NCBI GenBank assembly: GCA_963575745.1 | Contig: CAUYUJ010000225.1 | Coordinates: 186,001 to 250,000 of the forward strand | DNA length: 64,000 nt | Direction of reading: 5' to 3' | From: Prorocentrum cordatum | Taxonomy: Eukaryota | Shown here: positions 1 through 64,000 of the stretch, one piece after another | Layout: every line of letters begins with the position of its first letter | Position numbering within the stretch: the first letter of the stretch is position 1 | Notes under the pieces: generated by a model | Told to the model about the DNA's origin: nothing | The model's input: only the letters and a program-made list of their open reading frames with translations | Databases searched by the model: none | Made by a program: the position numbers and the translations under genes

Positions 1-99
1 ATCCGAGCCAGGGGTCTGCTCCATTCCTACGGTTTTGCGTTGAACAATGTGCTCTGGTTGTTCGGGTGATCACGTTTCGTACACCCACAGCAGCAAAAC

Positions 100-1260
100 A
101 CATACAAGCCAAACCAAGCAGATAAAGCATACACAGCCGTCAAGCATTGCGGCAAGACGGTGGGTTTCGGCGTTCTCCTCCCCAGCGCCGCTCCCCCCCC
201 CCGGGGGGACGTCCCATCTGGGCGCGGGGGAGGCGAGAAACCAAAAAAAGCATTCAAATTAACCAGAACCGAATGAACACCAGGAAAATCAGAGCACCCA
301 GGCAACAAATCAACGAAACGCCGACCCCGATTGTTTTCATTGCTCCCCTTTTCGAAAACCCGTCGTGGCCTTGGTGTCGCTGTTTTTGTGTTGCCTGGGT
401 GCTCTGGTTTCCATAGTGTTCCTTCTGTGTTGGTTGACTTTTCTGTCTATGTTGGTTTTCGGCGTCCTCTCCTCCCCAGCGCCGCATCCCCCCCCCCCTC
501 CGAGGGAGGCGCCCCAGCTGGGCGCTGGTGGCGCCAGAAACCGACAAAAACATGAGAGTCAACCAACACATAACGACAACCATGCAATTCACAGCCCTCC
601 ACGCAACAAATCAACGAAGCCCAGGCCCCGACTGGCTTTTTACTCAACAGCAAAGCGAACATTTAGGGTATTCAGTGTTCCCCTTTCGAAAGCAAATCGG
701 GGCCTTGGTTTCGGTGTTTTGTTTTGCCCTGGGTGCTCTGGTTTTCCTGGTTTTCCGTATGTGGTGGTTGGTCGTCCTGTTTTTGTTTGGTTTCGGCGTC
801 CTCTCCTCCCCAGCGCCGCCTCCACCTCCCCCGCCCCAGGGGGACACACCAACTGGGCGCTGTGGGCGCCAGGAGCTAACACAAACCGTGAAAGCAATCA
901 AGACATAAGGAACAGCAGGAAATTCAGAGACCCCGCGCAAAACAGCAACGAAACCCATGCCCCGACTTGCTGTTCCTTAGTGAACCAAGCAGCCCCCAAG
1001 GTGTTTCAATGTTTTCCTTTCGAAAACCTGTCGGGGCATCGTTTCGTTGTTTTTTGTTGTGCCTGGGCACTCTGGTTTTCATGGTTTTCCGTATGTTCTG
1101 GCTGACTTTCCTGAATTTGTTGGTTTTCTGCGTCCACTCCTCCCCCAGCGCCGCCTTCCTCCCCCACGCCCCCCAGGGAGACGCCTCAGCTGGGCGCGGG
1201 GGGCGCCAGAAACCAACAAACACAGAACACTCAACCAACACACAACGAACACCAGGAATA
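100..1260. repeat. Degenerate ~300-330-bp tandem repeat (4 units) with a GC-rich hairpin core
   Basis: TTTCGGCGTCCTCTCCTCCCCAGCGCCG...CTGGGCGC...GCGCCAGAAACC recurs at ~165, 457, 791 and 1127. Confidence 0.75.
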
Positions 1261-1459
1261 TTGGAGCCCCCAAGGGAAGAGAGAGAGAGAGAGAAAGAGA
1301 TCTATAGAGAGCGAAAGAGATAGATGTACGGTAGTTCAGATAGAACAAAGACGAACACACGGTTTTGACGGAACGGAAAATAAGAACACCAAATCGTCAA
1401 AGCCACTTCGCTTACCGCCATGCCCACTACCCCTGGGTCTGGGCGGGGGGGGGTCGCGG

Positions 1460-2490
1460 ATCGTTGGAGCGTCCAAGGTGGCGTCGGCGAGGAAGCCCAA
1501 ACCATTGATTTTAGTAAGATGTTGCGTACAGTTTTGCCTCCTGGGGGGCAACGCCAATTAAAAAGCTCCTCTCCTTTGGTCGATCTCCTCCGAGATGGTC
1601 CAAGAGGTCCCCCAGAGGCACCCAAGACGCCCCAAAAGGCCTCGGAGAGAAAGCCGACATCATCTCCTCCAAGATGGCCCCCGAGGCTTCCAATGATGCC
1701 GCAAGAGGGCGCCAAGAGGTGCCCAGGAGGCCCCAAGAGACCTGCAAGAGGCCCCCAAGATGACCCCAATGGGGCCCTCCCAAGAAATCACCAAGAAGCC
1801 CCAAGAGGCTCCCTCAGAGGCACCCAAGACGCCCCAAGAGGCCTCGGCGAGAAACCCGAAATCGTTGATTGTATGAAGGGTTTGCCTACAGTTTGGCCTC
1901 CTGGGGGGGCTCTAAGTAAGGAGCCCCCCTCCTTTGATCGATCTCTCTCAAGATGGCCCCAAGATGGCCCCCGAGGCTCCCAAGGGTGCCCCAAGACGGC
2001 CCCAAGGTGCCCAGGAGGCGCCAATGGGGCCCCAAAGAGGCCCCCAAGATGCCCCCAAGAGGCTCCCAAGAGACCCCCAAGAGGCTCCAAGAGGCCACCC
2101 AGAGGAAGCAAAGACGCCCCAAGAGGTCCCCAGGACTGCCAAGAGACCCGCAAGTCACCCCATCAAGACTCCAAGAAAATCCAGAAAGAAACCCGAAGAG
2201 AGTCCGAGAGGCATCAAAAGGCCTCTGGCCTTTTTGCTCGCCCTCCTCCTACTCCTCCTCCTCCTCCTCCTCTTCCTCATCCGCCTGTTCCTCCCCCTTC
2301 CTCGTATTTCCTCCTCTTCTCCCTCCTCCTCCTTCTCCTCCTCCTCGTCCTCGTCCTCGTCCTCCGAGTCCTCCTCCATCCTCCGCCTCTTGGGGCACGA
2401 CGTCTTCATTCCACTGCACTCTCCTCCACATCTCTGATCAGGGCAGCTCGTCAGGGCATCGTTTCTGGACGGCCTGGTGGGTTCACGCGA
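1460..2490 (+). repeat. Interspersed repeat family with (CCCAAGAGGC)-type minisatellite, TCC tract and conserved 3' tail (also 7640-8345, 11540-12185, 46030-46705)
   Basis: Shared CCAAGATGGCCC/CCCAAGAGG units and a tail resembling GGCATCGTTTCTG..GGCTGGTGGG..ACGCGAAGCG. Confidence 0.75.
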
Positions 2491-2660
2491 ACGGAGGGGG
2501 GGGTCCTTCCCTGCCCCCCTTCCGAAGCCCCGACCCCAGACGTCGCCGGTGGATCCACGCGGGCTGGCCTGTCCCTCTCGCGGAGGCGCGCCTCGGTCGG
2601 CTACACGCAAGAGTGACCCTAGGCAAGAGCGACCTTTGGCGCGCGGCTTCCGGGGGCCGC

Positions 2661-58961
<56,301 letters not shown>

Positions 58962-59651
58962 CTCCGAGCGCGCCCCGTTCCTTCGGGCGGCCGCGCGGGC
59001 TCGCCGCCGCGGCTGGAAGCGAATCGAAAAACTGGGGCGTCTGGGCCCGTGGAGTTCGGCCGTCTGCATAAAAAGGGATACGCCGACAGGACGCCGGCGC
59101 GGGCCCCTGGGAGGGGTTCCGGTTCCGTTTTGAGGTTGGCGCCGAGATTCGGTCGAGGTTTCCTGGCCCTCGGAGGCCCTGCTCGCCGCCGCGGCTGGAA
59201 GCGAATCGAAAAACTGGTGCGTTTCGGCCCCTGGAGTTGGGCCGTCGACATAAAAAAGGATACGCCGACAGGACGCCGCCGCCGTCGCTGTCGCAGCAGT
59301 TCTCATCAATTGCATTTGCACCATGTGCAACCCGACAAAGGGAGGGAGAGGAGCCTCAGCAGGCCTCCGAGAAAAAAATCTCCACTGGCATCGTCAGGAG
59401 AACAATCACCACTGTTGCCGATTGCTCGGCCCCTCCCCCCCCCCATCCTCCTTATCACCCGCAGGGTGGTCGTATAGGTATTAATATACACCCCCTTCCC
59501 CAGCCGACCGGCGTCCAACCAGGAACCATGAGGACACCATGACGACCCGCCCCCCACCATCCCTGTCAAAAACAAAACAAACCGCACTCTGCCTCCACAT
59601 TTGGAACATTCGCGGCCAACCCGATGCGGCCCCCCCCACCATCCCTGCCAA

Positions 59652-61661
59652 CTATCCTGGTGAAGGACCCAACCATATTCAGGTGTGAATAACGCATTTG
59701 TTGATATCGTCTTCGGTGAAGCTCTTTATGGGGAGCGAAGCGTGTGAGGGGTGTGCCAACATGGGCGCGGTGGCGTCATGCGATCGCAGCCACTGTGGCC
59801 TTCGGTGGAGTTCCCCATGGGGCCACGAAACGTGTGAGGGGTGTGCCGAAATGGGCGCGGTGGTGTCATGCGATCGCAGCCCTGGTGCTTTCGGTGCAGC
59901 TCCTTGTGGGGCCACGAAACGTGCGGGGGGGTGTACCGACATGGGTGCGGTGGTGTCATGCGAGCGCACCCACTGGGGCCTTCGGTGGGGCTCCCAGTGG
60001 TGCCACGAAGCGTGCGAAGGGCGTGCCGACATGGGCGCGGTGGTGTCATGCGAGCGCAGCCACTAGGGCCTGCGGTGGAGCTCCCCATGAGGCCACGAAG
60101 CGTGTGAAGGGTGTGCCGAAATGGGCGAGGTGGTGTCATGCGAACGCACCCTCTGGGGCCTTCGGTGGAGCTCCCCATAGGGCCACGAAACGTGTGAGGG
60201 GTGTGCCGAAATCGGCGCGGTGGTGCCATGCAAGTGCAGCCACTGGGGCTTTCGGTGGAGCTCCATATGGGGCCACGAAACGTGTGGGGGGGGGTACAAT
60301 ACCGAAACTGGTGCAGTGGTGTTATGCGAGCGAACCCACTGGTGCCTTCGGTGGGGCTCCCAGTGGTGCCACGAAGCGTGTGAGGGGCGTGCCGACATGG
60401 GCGCGGTGGTGTCATGCGAGCGCACCCACTGGGGCCTGCGGTGGAATTCCACATGGGGCCACGAAACGTGTGAGCTGTGTGCCGAAATTGGTGCGGCGGT
60501 GCCCTGCGACCGCAGCCACTGGGGCGTTCGGTGAAGCTCCCATGAGGGAAGCGTGTGAGCGGTGTGCCGAAATGTGCGCGGTGGTGTCATGCGGTCGAAA
60601 CCACTGGGGCCTTCGGTGGAGCTCCTTATGGGGCCACGAAGCGTGTGCGGGGTGTGCCGAAGTGGGCACGGTGGTGTCATGCGAACATAGCCTCTGGGGC
60701 CTGCGGTGGAGCACCCCATGGGACCACGAAGCGTGTGAAGGGTGTGCCAGAATGTGCGCGGTGGTGTCATGCGAACGCAGCTACTGGGGCCTTCGGTGGA
60801 GCTCCCCATGGGGCCACGAAGCGTGTGAGGGGGGTGCCGAAATAGATGTGGGTGACGCATGCGGGCGGTGGCACTGGGGCCTTCGGTGGAGCTTCCCTGT
60901 ATGGGGCCACGAAACGTGTGAGGGGCTTGCCGGAATGGGTGTGGGGGACACATGCGGGCGGTGGCATTGGGGCCTTCGGTGGAGCTCCATATGGGGCCAC
61001 GAAACATGTGAGGGGTGTGCCGAAATGGGTGTGGGGGACGGATGCGGGCGGTGGCACTGGGGCCTTCGGTGGAGCTCCCCATGGGGCCACGAAGCGTGTG
61101 AGGGGGGTGCCGAAATAGATGTGGGTGACGCATGCGGGCGGTGGCACTGGGGCCTTCGGTGGAGCTCCCCTGTATTGGGCGTGTGAGGGGTGTGCCGAAA
61201 TGAATGAGGGGGGCGCATGTGGGCGGTTGCATTGGGGCCGTCGGGGGAGTTCCCTGTGGGGCCACGAAACGTGTGACGGGTGTGCCAAATTAGGTTTTGG
61301 GGACGCATGCGGGCGGTGGCACTGGGGCCTTCGGTGGAGCTCCCTATGGGGCCACGAAGCGTGTGAAAAGGTGTGCCAGAATGAATGTGGGGGGCACATG
61401 CGGGCGGTGGCACTGGGGCCTTCGGTGCTCCCCTGTGGGGCCACGAAGCGCTGTACAGGGTGGGTGAAATGCAGGGGGAACAAGGGGGGGGAGGAAAAGG
61501 GGGAGGGAGGAGGAGGGGAACAGGGAGGAGGGAGGGGGAACAGGGGGAGGGGGAGGGAGGGGGAGGGGAACAGGGAGGAGGGAGGAGGGGGAGGAGGCTG
61601 AGGAGGAACGCTGGGACCATGGCGTCAGAACGAGGACCCAACACCACAGGATGGCCGGGAA
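59652..61661 (-). mobile_element. Helitron2-like element, copy 3 (about 19 diverged satellite units)
   Basis: Same termini; the flanks rejoin to match the empty paralogous site near 57765-57830. Confidence 0.78.
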
Positions 61662-61959
61662 AAAACAATGCGAAGTACATTTTGGCGCAAAGTTTTGAGT
61701 CATGCTCGTGAGGACCGCGAAGACTCTGTATTTTTTGACAGGGACGGCGGGGGTGCCAGCACACTCCCTGCCGTGCGCAAGGCTACCATCCCTGACAAAA
61801 TGCTAGCCGGAGTGCAGTATCCCAAAACAGGGTTTTTAAACCCACTGCGGTTTCCAAGGTCGATTGCGTGCCCGTCCAATGCGGGCTGGCATGGCATGCT
61901 AAAACATGCCTACTCCTCCTCCTCCTCCTCCTCCTCCTCCTCCACCTCCTCTTCATCCC

Positions 61960-63930
61960 GAACGGCATCTCGGAGCCCAGAGTTGCGAGGATGTCTCCAG
62001 CGTAACGGGCTGGACCGCCTCGCGCGCGGCATTTCGGACCCCAGAGTTGCGACGATGTCTCGGGCGAAACGCGCTGCGAGGAAGTCTCAGGCGAAACGGG
62101 CCGAACCACCTCGAGCGCGGCGTCTCAGAGCTCCGAGTTGCGGGGGCCTCCTGGGGCCTCCTGGGGCCTTCTGGTGACCTCCTGGAGCTTCCTCCTGGGC
62201 CTCCTGTGGCCTCCTGGACCCCACCTGGGGCTTCCTGAAGCCTCTTGGGGCTCCCAGGGGGGGATTATCTAACATGTGGCTGTCGGGGCCCCCCAAAATG
62301 GGGGGGGGGGGGGGGCACAAAAGAAGGAAAAATCAACGAATCGACACCGGATGCGTATTAATTTGACACGTTCTGATATCCTGGGAGCCTCCTGGGAATC
62401 TCCTGCGGACCGGGCCTGTCCTGGGCGTCCTGCGGCCTCCTGAAGCTCTCTGGGGCTGGGGCTCCCAAGGTCCCTGGGGGATATGTAACATGTGGTCTTC
62501 TGGGCCCCCAGGCTGGACCACCTCTTGCGCGGCATCTGAGAGCTCAGAGTTGCGAGAATGTCTTGTGCGAAACGGGCCGGACCACCTTGCGCACGGCATC
62601 TCAGAGCTCAGAATTGCGAGGATGTCTCAGGCGAGACGGGCCGGACCACCTCGCGCAGGCATCTCGTAGCCCAGACTTGCGAGAATGTCTCCAGCGTAAC
62701 GGGCTGGACCACTTCGCGCGGGATCTCGGACCCCAGAGTTGCGACGATGTCTCGGGCGAAACGTGCTGCGAGGAAGTCTCAGGCGAAACGGGCCGGACCA
62801 CCTCGAGCGCGGCGTCTCAGAGCTCCGAGTTGCGGGGGCCTCCTGGGGCCTCCTGAGGCCTCCTGGTGACCTCCTGGGGCTTCCTCCTGGGCCTCCTGTG
62901 GCCTCCTGGACCCCACCTGGGGCTTCCTGAAGCCTCTTGAGGCTCCCAGGGGGGGATCTAACGTGTGGCCGTCGGGGCCCCCCAAAATGGGGGCTCAGAA
63001 ATGCGAGAATGTCTTGTGCGAAACGGGCCGGACCACTTTGCGCACGGCATCTCAGAGCTCAGAGTTTCGAGGATGTTTCAGGCGAAACGGGCCAGACCAC
63101 CTCGCGCGCGGCATCTCAGAGCTCAGAGTTTCGAGGGCGTCTCAGACGACACGGGCCGGACCACCTCTCGCGCGGCATCTCCGAGGTCAGAGTTGCGAGG
63201 ATGTCGCAAGCGAAATGGGCTGGACCACCTCTTGCGCGGCATCTGGGAGCTCAGAGTTTCGAAGATTTCTCAGGCGAAACGGGCCAGACCACCTCGCGCG
63301 CGGCATCTCAGAGCTCAGAGTTTCGAGGACGTCTCAGACGACACGGGCCGGACCACCTCTCGCGCGGCATCTCGGAATGCAAAAGTGCGAGGATGTCTCA
63401 AGTGAAACGGGCCAGACCACCTCTTGGGCGGCATCTCGGGGCTCAGAGTTTGGAGGATGTCTCCAGCGAAACGAACCAGACCACCTCTCGCGCGGCATCA
63501 GAGAGCGCAGAGTTGCGAGGATGTCTCAAGCAAAACGGGCGTGACCACCTCACGCACGGCATATCAGGGCTCAGAGTTTGGAGGATGTCTCAGACGAAAC
63601 GGGCCGGACCACCTCTTGCGCGGCATATCGGAGCCCAAGAGTTTCGAGGATGTCTCAGGGCGAAACGGGGCCGAAACAACCTCCAAGCGTCATCTCGGAG
63701 GAGCCCAGAGTCCCGAGATGTCTCAAGCGAATCAGGCGAAACGGGCCGGACCACCTCTCGCACGGCACCTCGGGGCTCAGAGTTTCGAGGATGTCTCAAG
63801 CGAAACAGCCTGGACCACCTCTCGCGCGGCGTCCCAAAGCGCAACTTTTCGAGAATGTCTCAGGCGAAACGGCCAATCCCGGCCAACTCAGAAACGAGAG
63901 TTGTGAGGATGTCTCAAGCGAAACGGCCCG
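61960..63930. repeat. ~60-bp degenerate tandem satellite
   Basis: CAGAGTTTCGAGGATGTCTCAGGCGAAACGGGCCGGACCACCTC recurs. Confidence 0.9.
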
Positions 63931-64000
63931 GACCATCAGATTTTTGTGAGGATGTCTCTGCTCCGACTTCCCTCGACCGGAGTTAGCTTCCATCACAACA

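Noticed and set aside
61805..61890. Upstream host exon (GFKNPVLGY, motif-1-like)
   Set aside because: Low GC3 and only marginal similarity; the N-terminal exons probably lie beyond the window.

Overview
This window is GC-rich, repeat-saturated eukaryotic DNA, almost certainly a dinoflagellate nuclear genome. Evidence: a 20/22 match to the dinoflagellate spliced leader and GC-AG/GA-AG introns; a Prorocentrum-like source is my inference. Almost the whole window is intronic. About 12 micro-exons on the minus strand (58961 to ~2661, ~730 nt) splice in phase into a divergent histidyl-tRNA synthetase-like protein that appears to lack the catalytic residues. The introns hold: (1) a retrozyme/Penelope-pLTR-like element at 31166-31902, with two 224-bp direct repeats 513 bp apart, each carrying a type III hammerhead ribozyme fold on the minus strand; (2) a full-length APE+RT LINE at 39881-45027 whose 5' end is a relic spliced leader, sitting in a (TA)n microsatellite; (3) three non-autonomous Helitron2-like elements carrying a 90-bp satellite, one retaining an intron-containing Pif1-helicase remnant; (4) a decayed copia-like element; (5) several MITE families, one with 8-bp TSDs; (6) many mini- and microsatellites. 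Most ORFs in the supplied track are artefacts of these repeats. All family assignments are by eye against remembered consensus motifs; no searches were run.
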